The notes beneath the pieces are model-generated. The model saw only the letters and a list, made by a program, of their open reading frames with translations. It did not search any database and was not told the DNA's origin. From NCBI RefSeq assembly GCF_964194155.1, contig NC_135910.1, positions 10,912,001 through 10,958,468 of the forward strand: a DNA stretch of 46,468 nucleotides, in the 5' to 3' direction. Positions 26,001 through 37,147 of this stretch are shown one piece after another. Source of the stretch: Cetorhinus maximus. Lineage: Eukaryota. The translations under genes and the position numbers were made by a program. The first letter of the stretch is position 1; every line of letters begins with the position of its first letter.

Positions 26001-29000
26001 AGGATCATTGGATAGTGATCAGAGGCAGGAACCCTAGGTAATTTACCCTTTTCTAGCCGAGAGTTCACTCACTGGGCAGGAGATCAGGATTCTGGTGGAT
26101 ATCCCCACTTCATAAGGCAGGCCAACTGTAAAAATCCCTAATAGTGCTTGAGCTAGAACCCAGGACCATCCTGATCTGTATGATTCAGTCCCACACCTGC
26201 CAGCTCCCCTGATGGTTTAATGGGAAAGCCAGCTCCACTGAAAAGCTCAGCCCACTGAGTCAAACAGGCTGCACAGCTCAAGGTTAAATCACTGATCTGT
26301 GCTGAATTACCTGAGGCAGCAGTTGATGTGCTGTGGCCGGCCTTGGCAAGAGGGAGCACATTGCAAACGCCTGGTAAATTGGGGCACATGATAAACTGGG
26401 GCAATTCCTTAACTACAGGAAGGTACGATGAAGATTTCAACCATGAGCCCTGCTTGCGGAAAGGGCACAAAGCTCACTGGGCAGTTGTTTCAGGTGGGGG
26501 CTGAATACTAAGTGGATCTTTGTCCATAGAGGCTGTGTCACTGTCAGCATATTAGTACCCCACCCCCACTCATATTACAGACAATTATAAAAGTGTGCAA
26601 CCCCGCCCTGCCATAACTTAGCTTTCCTTTATATAAAGACCGTGTCAATGGCTGTCCATTGAACTCACTCATGCTAAGTCACGACACACTATGTTACATG
26701 GTCGGTCACACCATGTATTACCCTCCTGCGAAGGCGTGTTCGTACATTATGCAGCCTTTAAGGACACAAGATCTCACTTCTGTGTCTTCCAGAGGTTGAA
26801 GTTCAGTAAAAACCGTTAAGAAGAGACTGGCTTTCTTCCTATGTCTGAATCCCTTCATGGCCTCACTTGTTATCCCTCTAACCTAACAGGCCACGTTACT
26901 TTTATACTCCAGCCCCTTTGCAATAAAGGCCAACATTCCATTTGCCATCCTAATTACTTTCTGTACCTGCATGCTAACGTTTTGTAATTCATCTATAAGG
27001 ACAGCAAGATCCCTCTGTATCTCAATATTCTGTTGTCTCGCTCCATTTAAATAATATTCTGCTTTTTTATTCTTCATACTGAAGTGGACAACCTCATATT
27101 TCCTCATATACTCCCATCTGCCAAATATTTGCCCACTCACTTTAATCTATCCACATACCTTGACTCTCTCAGTGTCCAGCTCACAACTTGCCATCCTACC
27201 TAGAAAACAATAGTGCCATGAATCCTAGACAAGACAACTGGGTGGCAAGGCCACCATGTTTTTTTTCATAGCTTGTCATTGGATAGCTGATAGGGAACAG
27301 AGCATGGGAAGCTATGCTAGGCCTGGTTTAGGTGGGCACACATTCACCAAGTACAGAGATTTGTACAGGTTCTACATATTGCATTGACTGATGCATCAGT
27401 GCCTGGGGCATGACCAGGGAGTATTTCTGTGAAGGTTGTGCTTCTACCTAGAATGTAATAGTTATGCTGTTGCACTTTTATATTACTGCTCAGACATTAG
27501 CATGTGTCAGGTCTTACTTATACTAAATAAAATATAACCACTGTCACCAATAAGGATTATCACTTTAAATAATTTTGGAACTTGAGAAAAGGGCTGAAAG
27601 GGTTAATTAACCCCGAATTCTAACACCACCTTTTCCCCACCATTTTTAAAAATTTAAAAAAAAACTTTTACAGGATGTGGATTTCGCTGGCTGGGCCAAC
27701 ATTTATTGCCCATCCCTAGTTGCCCTTGAGAAGGTGGTGGTGAGCTGCCTTCTTGAACTGCTGCAGTCCATGTGGTGTAGGTACACCCACAGTGCTGTTA
27801 GGGAGGGAGATCCAGGATTTTGACTCAGCGACAGTCAAGGAACAGCAATATAGTTCCAAGTCAGGATGGTGAGTGGCTTGGAGAGGAACTTCCAGGTGGT
27901 GGTGTTCCCATCTATCTGCTGCCCCTGTCCTTCCAGATGGTAGTGGTCGTGGGTTTAGAGGGTGCTGTCAAAGGAGCCTTGGTGCATTCCTGAAGTGCAT
28001 CTTATAGATGGTACTCACTGCTGCCACTGTGTGTCGGTGGTGGAGGGAGTGAATGTTTGTGGATGGGGTACCAATCAAGTGGGCTGCTTTGTCCTGGATG
28101 GTGTCGAGCTTCTTGAGTGTTCTGGGAGCTGCACTCATCCAGGCAAGTGGGGAGTATTCCATCACACTCCTGACTTGTGCCTTGTAGATGGTGGACAGGC
28201 TTTGGGGAGTCAGGAGGTGAGTTACTCACCGCAGGATTCCCAGCCTCTGACCTGCTCTTGTAGCCACAGTATTTATATGGCTAGTCCAGTTCAGTTTCTG
28301 GATCCGACACTCTGGAATTCCCTCGCTAAATGCTTGTGCCTCTGCACCTCCCTCAAGACCGTCCTTAAAACTCACCTCATTAGTTAAGCTTTTGTTCACG
28401 CCTCCCCTTCCCTGTTTTATCCTTTGGTTCGGCCTCCATTTTACGATTGTTCTTCAGTGAACCATTTTGGGATGCCTTCCCTTCGTTAACATGCTTTGTA
28501 AATGTCAGGTGTCATTGTTTAAAGAGTTTGCATGTACAGAAAAGTTTTCACAGCTAAAAAAGTATAGCTGCTATTATAACATCAGCAAAACCATCCCAGA
28601 TGCTAAAAATCTGAAATTAAAAAACAGAAAATGGTGGAAATATCCAGCAGGTCAGGCAGCATCGGTGGAGAGCAAAACAGAGTTAATGTTTCAGGTCCCA
28701 GAACTGTACTGTCAAAACCATCTAAAACAGTAAAGCTGTTTCTCCCTCCACAACCTGCTAATATTACCAGCCATTATTATAATGTTGGCGTTTACAGCAG
28801 CCAACATGCATACACAGTAGTTCCATAAACCATGAAACCAAAGGCTTCATGATCTAATTGAATGGCGGAGCAGGCTTGATGGGCAGAATGGCCTACTCCT
28901 CTGTTCCCACATTCCGAAACAGCAACCAGATAATTGACCAGATCATACGCTGTGACGCTGTTGGTTAAGGGATAAATATTAACCAGGGCACCAGGGAGAA

Positions 29001-30735
29001 CTCCCCCTGCTCTTCCTCCAGTAGTATCACGGGATCTTCAATACCCACCTGAGAGGACCTGTTTTGTGTCTCATCTGAAAGACGACACCTCTGACCGTGC
29101 AGCACTCCACTTGTCTCTGGCGTGCAATTTGAACTGAGCCACAGCTGAAGTAGAAGTTTCATATGTTGAATTGTGAGGGATGTGTCTCAAAACATTTAAT
29201 ATCTTTAGCAGATCCCCTGAAGCAATTATAAAACGAATAATTCTCAGGATGTGGGCATCATTGGCAAGGCCAGCATTTATTGCTCATCCCATGTTCCTCT
29301 GTGTTAATCATACATTGTGTTTAATCATATGTAGATGGAGGGTTTTAACTCACTTGAACACATTGGAGACACTTATTGAAACTGGTAGTGTTGAGTTTGG
29401 AGATGTATGCTTATAATGATTCACTTCGAAAGTAAACATAAGACTTCAGCTCTAAAGAAGAGTCATACAGACTCGAAACGTTAACTGTTTCTCCACCGAT
29501 GCTGTCAGACCTGCTGAGTTTTTCCAGCGTTTTCTGTTTTTACTTTATATTATAGAAGACTAAGTATAGATTGGCTTCAGTACTATCTTCACCAAGTGGC
29601 TTTTTGGAGTAAAACATTCTGGAGTAGTAATTTAAAACATCTGTGTGACTGAAAGATTGTTAATGTCCTGAGATTGGAGTCAACCATTGGTCAGACTGAG
29701 TAAGACTGCAGATTAAGGAAGGAATTAATGAACCAGTTGGGGTTTTAATTCCAGATCTTTTTTCATAAATATATTTCAAATTCCTAAACTGCCATGGTAA
29801 GATTAATTAGTTCTAGTTAACATAACCACTACATTACATACGAACTAGGAGCAGGAGTAGGCTACTTGGCCCCTTCAAGCCTGCTCCGCTATTTAATAAG
29901 ATCATGGCTGATCTGGATGTGGCCTCAACTCCACGCTCCACCTATCCCTGATAACCTTTGACTCCCTTGTTAGTCAAGAATCTCCCCTTACCATACCTTG
30001 TTGCAATTTTCTTGGCAAACCCAGCCTGTTGCTTTAAGATCAATGTTCAGTTACTATCCCTATGTAAAGATGATCTAAATAGGCCCCAAGGTTAATTGTT
30101 GTTTGGTGAGTTTACAGATTGCTTTCAGAAAAGGACATTGTAAAAGTAGCTTTGGCACTTATTGACAATAGACACACTCAAGATGTTAAAAGCAAAGAAC
30201 TGCGGATGCTGGAAATCCAAAACAAAAAACAAAAATACCTGGAAAAACTCAGCAGGTCTGGCAGCATCGGTGGAGAAGAGCACAGTTGACGTTTTGAGTC
30301 CTCATGACCCTTCAACAGATGTTTATGTGAATAGGTTGATTCAGTGCTTGCTGGCTGTTTAGCAGCTTATATATTGCTTCTGATTGCTGTGCAGGAGTGC
30401 TGCTGGGACTGAAGTGTGGCCTGCCAGAAGATTTCTACGAAGATGATCCTGATATTCCTGGGCTTTTCCATCGGCGTGCGAACATGCCTGGAGCCGGCTA
30501 CCCTGAGGACTGTGTTGTCGAGACACACCTGCTTGCCAAGCAAGGGAAGAGTCTGAAGTACCAGTTGTGGCAGTACGAGCAAGTACATCAGAGTAACATG
30601 CAGCTGACAGAGTTCAGCCCAAAGCGAGAGGGTGACGGAACTGCCTACGTGGTCCCTGACGGGGGTGTGGAGTCAGGATTGTGTGGGGCTGTGATTCTTC
30701 TCCAACCTTTGTCTCAGGAACAAAACAAAAGTTAG
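22810..30735 (+). CDS. ACTMAP: Actin maturation protease (C19orf54 / UPF0692), 325 aa; join(22810..23051,24108..24176,24799..24923,25489..25618,26423..26493,30395..30735)
   Basis: Poly-Pro N-terminus; PSLIQDGPQCGLVALWMA (catalytic Cys motif); GYTVQGEMFS; VLIPYDEDFNHEPCLRKGHKAHWAV; AKQGKS. Phases consistent, 978 nt. Head-to-head with SNRPA as in human. Confidence 0.92.
23476..23825 (+). mobile_element. tRNA-derived SINE with LINE-derived 3' tail
   Basis: B-box GGTTCAAATCC; the tail GGGATGGGCAA...GCCAGCGATGCCCACATC is shared with the LINE 3' end at 4584-4640. Confidence 0.8.
24108..24176 (+). CDS. ACTMAP: ACTMAP coding exon 2
   Basis: ttttcag|TTTCAGT...CCACA|gtgagt; FSKELNWLLINKYVPSLIQDGPQ. 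Confidence 0.9.
24799..24923 (+). CDS. ACTMAP: ACTMAP coding exon 3
   Basis: ccttcag|GTGTGGC...TCTCAG|gtatct; CGLVALWMAG...GEMFS. Confidence 0.92.
25030..25470 (+). mobile_element. Deu-domain-type tRNA SINE (SacSINE1/AmnSINE-like)
   Basis: tRNA head plus GTGGACGTAAAAGATCCCATGGCA core. Related copies at 28915-29130 (-), 30780-31120 (-) and 39745-40225 (+). Family name is from memory. Confidence 0.7.
25489..25618 (+). CDS. ACTMAP: ACTMAP coding exon 4
   Basis: attccag|GTGCG...ATACC|gtatcctt; ANMVKLAEEVF...GYPVLIP. Confidence 0.9.
25619..26422 (+). other. U12-type (minor spliceosome) GT-AG intron of ACTMAP
   Basis: 5' site GTATCCTT; branch site TTCCTTAAC at 26405-26413; no polypyrimidine tract; the in-frame AG is 10 nt after the branch A. 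Confidence 0.9.
26423..26493 (+). CDS. ACTMAP: ACTMAP coding exon 5
   Basis: YDEDFNHEPCLRKGHKAHWAVVS; donor CAG|gtgggg. Confidence 0.92.
26885..27195 (-). mobile_element. CR1 fragment
   Basis: ORF 26883-27140 (QVQKVIRMANGMLAFIAKGLEYKS). Confidence 0.8.
27670..28300 (-). mobile_element. CR1/L2-clade LINE 3' end
   Basis: MEYSPLAWMSAAPRTLKKLDTIQDKAA; same family as 4455-5630. Confidence 0.85.
29445..29545 (+). mobile_element. Penelope terminal fragment with decayed hammerhead-like motif
   Basis: CTAAAGA A GAGTC ATACA GACTC GAAACGTT AACTG, followed by GATGCTGTCAGACCTGCTGAGTTTTTCCAG. Confidence 0.75.
30188..30318 (-). mobile_element. Penelope terminal fragment
   Basis: Same terminal sequence as 6669 and 33661; AGATGTT on both sides (30181, 30317) may be a TSD. 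Confidence 0.75.
30395..30735 (+). CDS. ACTMAP: ACTMAP last coding exon
   Basis: gtgcag|GAGTGCTG; LLAKQGKSLKYQLW...GGVESGLCGAVILL...*. Confidence 0.92.
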
Positions 30736-32059
30736 CCGCTTCCAAGAGCACTGACTTCGTAAAAGAGCTTTGATTAACTAGCACCTTTCAAGAACTCAGG
30801 ACATCCCAAAGTGCTTCATAAAAGTACAATAGTTTCTAATTGTTGTAATGTAGGAAATGTGTTAATCATTTTGTTTGCAAAAGCTCTGGCAAACAGTAAA
30901 TGAGATGGTGACCAGGTCATCTGTTTGAGTCATATTGTTGACAGGTAAATATTGACCAGGACACCTGGGACAACTCCCCTATTCATCAAAATACTGGCAT
31001 GGGATCTTTTATGCCCATCTGAATGTGTAGACTGTTTAATGTCACATCTGAAAGATGATAGTGAAGCACTCCCCCAGTACTGCACTGGAATGCCAGCCAG
31101 CCTTGATCATGTGCTCAAGTAGAGCTGGCAAACCACCGATTTAACTGGCTCCCTCCGAGGGAGCTATACATTTAGAATTGAATTTGCCTTAACCTGTGCA
31201 CAGGCTCCATACTTGGAAGAAATGGCAACATGGTGCTGCATTTTTAAGGAGATCTTGCCGATTGTTTAGCATGTCAAACTGTTCCTGTGTGACCTGGCTG
31301 CTGCGTAAGTCAGCACCACATGGGTGCCTTTGATCCAGTTCAGAGCCACTTACACCAATAAAACAGTTGAAATAAGGCAGTGACAGGCTTCTCCTGATTT
31401 GCTCTCACTCACTCCCTGTGGTTCATTCAGCTCCACATGAAAATCCGCTTCACATATTGCTGGTACAGCCTTTTGATCATTTACTCCACTTAAATATTTA
31501 GTGACAGGTTGTAGAAATAATTAGGTTAAATGTTTTGCTTGTCTGTCACAGAGCAAGGGAGGGGAAATGGGGCTTGACACTTCTGCCAGTGTAACATAGG
31601 TATTCTCTTGTTGACTGCCCAACTAGTGCCATCGGGCCTTTGGTGTTCTGGCCTAAGATCAATGCAGATCAGCTGGTGATGTTAATTATGAAAAGCAGTT
31701 AGCAATTTGCCAAGTTTCTCTCCGATCGATATGGTCTTGGTTTCTGCTACAGGGCCTCAATGCCTCCGACCAGCTGGAAGATGCAGGTATTTAGACTTCA
31801 GGATTTACTGTGGCTGTAAATTCCTCCATGGTTAAGTAAGTCTAATGATGTGCACACTATTCAGGATCGGGAGTGAAGAATGCCAATTGGGAGAGGTACT
31901 CAAGGGGGATCAGACACTGTAGAAATGTACCTTTTTCTACGTTAGCACCTCGCTGGGGGGGGGGCAAGGACAAAATTAACAGTGAAAACATTATCACTCC
32001 CAGTCAGGTTAGTAATCTATTCTAATCAATTAACTGAACAGACTGTGAATAAATCCTGA

Positions 32060-32800
32060 CATCTCCAGGAACAGAGGCACAGGCATAGGCCAATTAGTCC
32101 CCTGAGCTTGCTCTGCTATTCACTGCAGAAGAGTTCCGAACCTCTACCACCTTTTGTGTGTAGAAAATAGGAATTAGCAGGAGCAGGCCATTCGGCCCCT
32201 CGAGCCTGCTCCACCATTCAATGATGAGTGGCCTCAACGCCACATTCCCATCTACCCCTGGTAGCCTTTGACTCCCTTGTTAGTCAAGAATCTCTGCCTT
32301 AAAAATATTCAATAACCCTTCCTCTACCACTCTCTGAAGAGTCGCAAAGACTCACAACCCTGAGAAAAAATATTCTCGTCTTGTCTTAAATGGGAGCCCC
32401 CTATTTTTAAAATGGTGTCCCCAGGTTCTAGTCTCTCCCAAAAGGAGAAACATCCTTGCAGCATCCACCCTGTCAAGCCCCCTCAGGATCTTATGTGTTG
32501 CAATAAAATCACTTCTCATTCTTCTAAACTCCATTGGATACAGGCCCAACCTGTCCAACCTTTCCTCACAGGATAACCCCTTCATCCCAGGTATCAGTTG
32601 AGTGAACCTAATTTTAATTTTAACCTAATTCCCTAACTTAACCCCTGAAAGATCTGACTCTAAATTTTAGTCTATGCCCCCTAGTCCCAGTCTCTCTAAC
32701 CAGCAGAAATAGTTTCTATCTACCCCAGCTGTTCCCTTTAATGTTTTGAAACTTCCAATTAAATCATCCCTTAACCTTCTAAATTCCAGAGATTACAGCC
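32060..32800 (-). mobile_element. CR1 3' fragments
   Basis: ORF 32352-32585 (LGLYPMEFRRMRSDFI) and GGCCATTCGGCCCCTCGAGCCTGCTCC tail. Confidence 0.8.
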
Positions 32801-33124
32801 CTGGTTCTCATTTGTGTGGCTTAGCAGAAGCTTCCAGTGTTTGATTACAGAGATGTCTGTGCTGCATCTGGTCTCTGCTGTTCTACTTTAAAGTTTTATA
32901 CATCAGAACTGACTGTTACAGGAAACCTGGGAGCAGATACTTTGGAAAGTTTGTCTGCCAGCTGCAGCATTACATCCAGTTTTGGGCCACAGAATCACAG
33001 AGAGCAGAAGAGGCCCTTCGGCCCATCGAGTCTGCACTGACATGTGAGAAACACCTGACCTACCTACCTAATCCCATTTACTAGCACTTGGCCCATAGCT
33101 TTGAATGTTATGATGTGCCAAGCA

Positions 33125-33414
33125 CTCCTCCTCTTCCCTCAGGTACCATGCCCTAAGAGGGCATTGGCAACCTTGGACTGGGTCGATGATTAAGCTGGGC
33201 AAAGTACTGTAGTGGTTTGCCATTGCCTTCTGCGGTATGGCAGACCAGAAATATCTCCACCTATCATCAGGCAAGGATTTACAGGCTGACAATCAACCTG
33301 TTTGACCACATTATAAACACACCTTCCGTGGCCATCATGTCCTGAAGGTGGGACTTGAACCCGGAGCTTCTGGCCCACAGATAGGGACATTGCGACTGCG
33401 CCACAAGACCTCCC
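33125..33414 (-). mobile_element. tRNA-derived SINE with RTE/Bov-A-like segment
   Basis: Minus: GTGGCGCAGT...GGGTTCAAGTCCC head, then GAAGGCAATGGCAAACCACTACAGTACTTTGCC. Confidence 0.6.
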
Positions 33415-33660
33415 TCCTATTCTGGACACCCCACTTTGGAGAAGAACGTGATGGCATTGTAACAGGTACAAGAGAAATTTACCAGAATGGTTTCAGAACT
33501 GAAGAAATACAGCCATGTAGAAGATTCGAGAAGCTGGGATTATTATTAGAGAAGGTTAAGAGGAGATTTGATAGAGATGCTTAAAATCATGAAGGGCTTA
33601 AATGGCGTAAATAAAGAGATATTGCTTCCAAAAGGTCAAAAACAGAGGGCACATAATTAA

Positions 33661-35201
33661 AAACAAAAACAGAATTACCTGGAAAAACTCAGCAAGTCTG
33701 GCAGCATCGGCGGAGAAGAAATCAGTTAACGTTTCGAGCCTTCATGGCCCTTCGGCAGAACTGGAGCATAGTTAGAAGAAGGGAGAAATATAAATTGGTT
33801 TAAGGTGGGTGGGGGGGGGGGGGGGGGGGAGTGACACATTGAGGGTGTGGTGTGGTGATTGTGGAGATGAGCAGATAATCAAAAGATGTCACAGACAAAA
33901 GGGTCAAAGAGGTGTTGAAGGTGGTGGTATTTGTCTGAGAAAAGTGCTAATTAAGAATGGAAGACAGGATATTCAAAGTACAGCTCTAGTGGGGGTGGGG
34001 TGGAAAGACTAAAGGTTTTAGTTTTAGATTTAAAAATAATGGAAATAGGTGGGGAAAGAAGAATCTATATAAATTATTGAAAAAAAAAGCGGGGCGGGGG
34101 GGGGATGAAACGGGGTGGGGATGGGGGAGGGAGTTTAAGATCTAAAGTTGTTGAATTCAATATTCAGCCCGGAGGGCTGTAAAGTGCCTAGTCGGAAGAT
34201 GAGGTGCTGTTCCTCCAGTTTGCGTTGGGCTTCACTGGAACAATGCAGCAAGCCAAGGACAGACATGTTGGCAAGAGAACAGGGTGGAGTGTTAAAATGG
34301 CAAGCGACAGGGAGGTTTGGGTCTTTCTTGTGGACAGACCGCAGGTGTTCCGCAAAACGGTCGCCCAGTTTGCGTTTGGTCTCTCCAATGTAGAGGAGAC
34401 CGCATTGGGAGCAACGAATGCAGTAGACTAAGTTAGGGGAAATGCAAGTGAAATGCTGCTTCATTTGAAAGGAGTGTTTGGGCCCTTGGACGGTGAGGAG
34501 AGAGGAAGTGAAGGGGCAGGTGTTGCATCTTCTGCGTGGGCATGGGGAGGTGCCATAAGTGGGGGTTGAGGAGTAGGGGGTGATGGAGGAGTGGACCAGG
34601 GTGTCCCGGAGGGAACGATCCCTACGGAATGCCGTCAGGGGGGGTGAAGGGAAGATGTGTTTGGTGGTGGCATCATGCTGGAGTTGGCGGAGGATGATCC
34701 TTTGAATGCGGAGGCTGGTGGGGTGATAAGTGAGGACAAGGGGGACCCTATCATGTTTCTGGGAAGGAGGAGAAGGCGTGAGGGAGGATGCGCGGGATAT
34801 GGGCCGGACACGGTTGAGGGCCCTGTCAACGACCGTGGATGGAAAACCTCGGTTAAGGAAGAAGGAGGACATGTCAGAGGAGCTGTTTTTGAAGGTAGCG
34901 TCATCAGAACAGATGCGACGGAGGCGAAGGAACTGAGAGAATGGGATGGAGTCTTTACAGGAAGCGGGGTGTGAGGAGCTGTAGTCGAGGTAGCTGTGGG
35001 AGTCGGTAGGCTTGTAATGGATATTGGTGGACAGTCTATCATCAGAAATTGAGACAGAGAGGTCAAGGAAGGGAAGAGAAGTGTCAGAGATGGACCATGT
35101 GAAGATGATGGAGGGGTGGAGATTGGAAGCAAAATTAATAAATTTTTCCAGGTCCCGACGAGAGCATGAAGCAGCACCGAAGTAATCATCGATGTACCGG
35201 A
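33661..35201 (-). mobile_element. Young 5'-truncated Penelope-like retroelement (RT C-terminal half plus GIY-YIG endonuclease)
   Basis: Stop-free frame 35199 to 34135: RYIDDYFG...LPFLDL...YKPTDSHSYLDYSSSHP...NLVYCIRCSQCGLLYIGETKRKLGDRFAEH. 11-bp TSD CACATAATTAA at 33650-33660 and 35202-35212. Confidence 0.93.
33723..33763 (-). ncRNA. Minimal type I hammerhead-ribozyme-like motif (variant core)
   Basis: CAGUU CUGCCGA A GGGCC AUGAA GGCUC GAAA C GUU AACUG: 5-bp stem I, 5-bp stem II, palindromic ACGU in place of stem III. Confidence 0.6.
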
Positions 35202-35899
35202 CACATAATTAAGTTGATTGTCAAAGAACTTGAGGCAACATGAGGAATTTTAAAAATGTGTAATGAGTGGTTAGGATTTGGAATGCACTGCCTGATAGGG
35301 TGGATAGATTTGACTGTAGCCTTCCAATTTCCTTTTGATAACTACTTAAGAAAAAATTTCAGGAATATGGGAAGGATTGGGGAGTGAGACCAGCTGAATT
35401 GCTCTTTGAAAGAGATGATGTAAACTCAATGGGCAGAATGACCTCCTTCTGTGCCATACTATCCTATGACATTGGGAGTACAAACAGGGGACGACAGCAG
35501 TACTCTCCTTACAATGCGGGAGGCCATTCGGCCTATTGTGCCTGTGCTGACTCTATCTAATTAATCCCACCCCTATGCTCTTTCCCCTTAGTCCTGCAAA
35601 CTTCTCCTAAGTATTTATCCAATTTCTTCTCAGAAGTTAATCAATCTGCTTCCACCAGCCTTTCAGGCCAGTGCATTCCAGATCACGGTCACATGTTGCG
35701 CAAGAACATTTTTCATTTCCCCGTTGGCTCCTTGCCGATTATCTTAATCCTACATCATCTGGCTACTGATCCATCTATCAACAGGTTTCATAGAACTTGT
35801 ACAAGGCAATTGCTACCGACTGTTTCCCCTCTGCCTCCACCTAGCAGTTCAGAGAGGAGTAACTGAAAAACAACACTAGGAGTACAAGAGTCTTATTGG

Positions 35900-37010
35900 G
35901 AGCTTATAGTTAGATGGAAATGTAAGCTGTGAGGAGGACACAAAAGCAGCTGCAAAGAGATAGAGACAGGTTGAGTGGGCAATAAGGTGACATGTGGGTA
36001 AGTGTGAGGTTATTCACCTTGGCAGTACAGTACTAGCAGATTTTTTTTTTTAAAAAGGCAAGAAACTTTTAAATATTGATCTTCACAGGGGCCTGGGTGT
36101 ACCGCACTCATACAGGGAACAGAAAGTTAGCATGCAGGTATAGCAAGCAATTAGGAAGGCAAACGGCATGTTGGCCTTTATTACAAGGGGATTAGAGCAC
36201 AAGAATAAGGAACAAAAACAGAAATTACCTGGAAAAACTCAGCAGGTCCGGCAGCATCGGCGGAGAAGAAAAGAGTTGACGTTTCAAGTCCTCATGACCC
36301 TTCGGCAGAACAGGTCATGAGGACTCGAAACGTCAACTCTTTTCTTCTCCGCCGATGCTGCCGGACCTGCTGAGTTTTTCCAGGTAATTCTGTTTTTGTT
36401 TTGGATTTCCAGCATCCGCAGTAGTTTTTTGTTTTTATCACAAGAATAAGGAAGTCTTGCTACAAACGTACAAGGCTTTGATGAGACCACACCTGAATAC
36501 TGTGCACAGTTTTGGTCTCCATTTTTAAGACAGGATATACTTGCTCTGGAAGCGGCACAGTGAAGGTTCACTAGGTTGGCTCCCAGGATGAGAGGGTTGT
36601 CCTGTGATGACAGGCCGAGTAAATTGGGCCTACACTCCCTGGAGTTTAGAAGAATGAGAGGCGATCCCATTGAAGTACACAAGATTCTGAAAGGGCCTGA
36701 CAGGGTCGATACTGAGAGGTTGTTTCCCCTGGCTGGGGAATCTAGAACACGGGGGCAGGATCTCAGCAATAAGGGGCTTGTCCTTTAGGACTGAGATGAG
36801 GAGAAATTTCTTCACTCAAAGGGTTATAAATCTTTGGACTTCTCTACCCCAGGGGGTTGTGCATGCTTGAGTATATCAACGGATATCAAGGAGGGAAAAT
36901 CAAGGGATTTGGGGAGTTGACGTGAAATGGGAGTAGAGGCCGAAGTTTAGCATGATTGTATTGAATGGCGGAACAGGCTCGAGGAGCTGTCTGCTCTACT
37001 CCTGCTCCTA
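35900..37010 (+). mobile_element. CR1 3' fragment interrupted at 36213-36438
   Basis: LGLHSLEFRRMRGDPIEVHKILKG; TTGAATGGCGGAACAGGCTCGAGG tail. Confidence 0.88.
36213..36438. mobile_element. Fold-back Penelope-derived insertion
   Basis: About 36211-36299 pairs with about 36313-36401. Perfect 15-bp TSD CACAAGAATAAGGAA at 36198-36212 and 36439-36453. Confidence 0.88.
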
Positions 37011-37141
37011 TCAGAGATACTGGTCAATGCAGTAGATTTCTCCCGTATTAACAAACTGACACAGAGCCCCCCCCCCCACCCACTGTCGTGCAACACAAGT
37101 ATTCTTTCTGTATAAAGGCTAATTGTACAATTAAATATATA

Positions 37142-37147
37142 TTTATT
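37142..37147 (-). promoter_or_regulatory. Candidate YIF1B polyadenylation signal (another at 37806-37811)
   Basis: TTTATT on plus in AT-rich context, downstream of the YIF1B stop. Confidence 0.45.

Larger units (their letters stand above)
33420..35465 (+). mobile_element. CR1 3' fragment interrupted by the Penelope insertion (33420-33660 plus 35202-35465)
   Basis: The CR1 sequence reads through once the insert and one TSD copy are removed. Confidence 0.75.

Noticed and set aside
26535-27550. Further solo-LTR candidates in ACTMAP intron 5
   Set aside because: TATA- and poly(A)-like words are present, but I could not define termini or TSDs.
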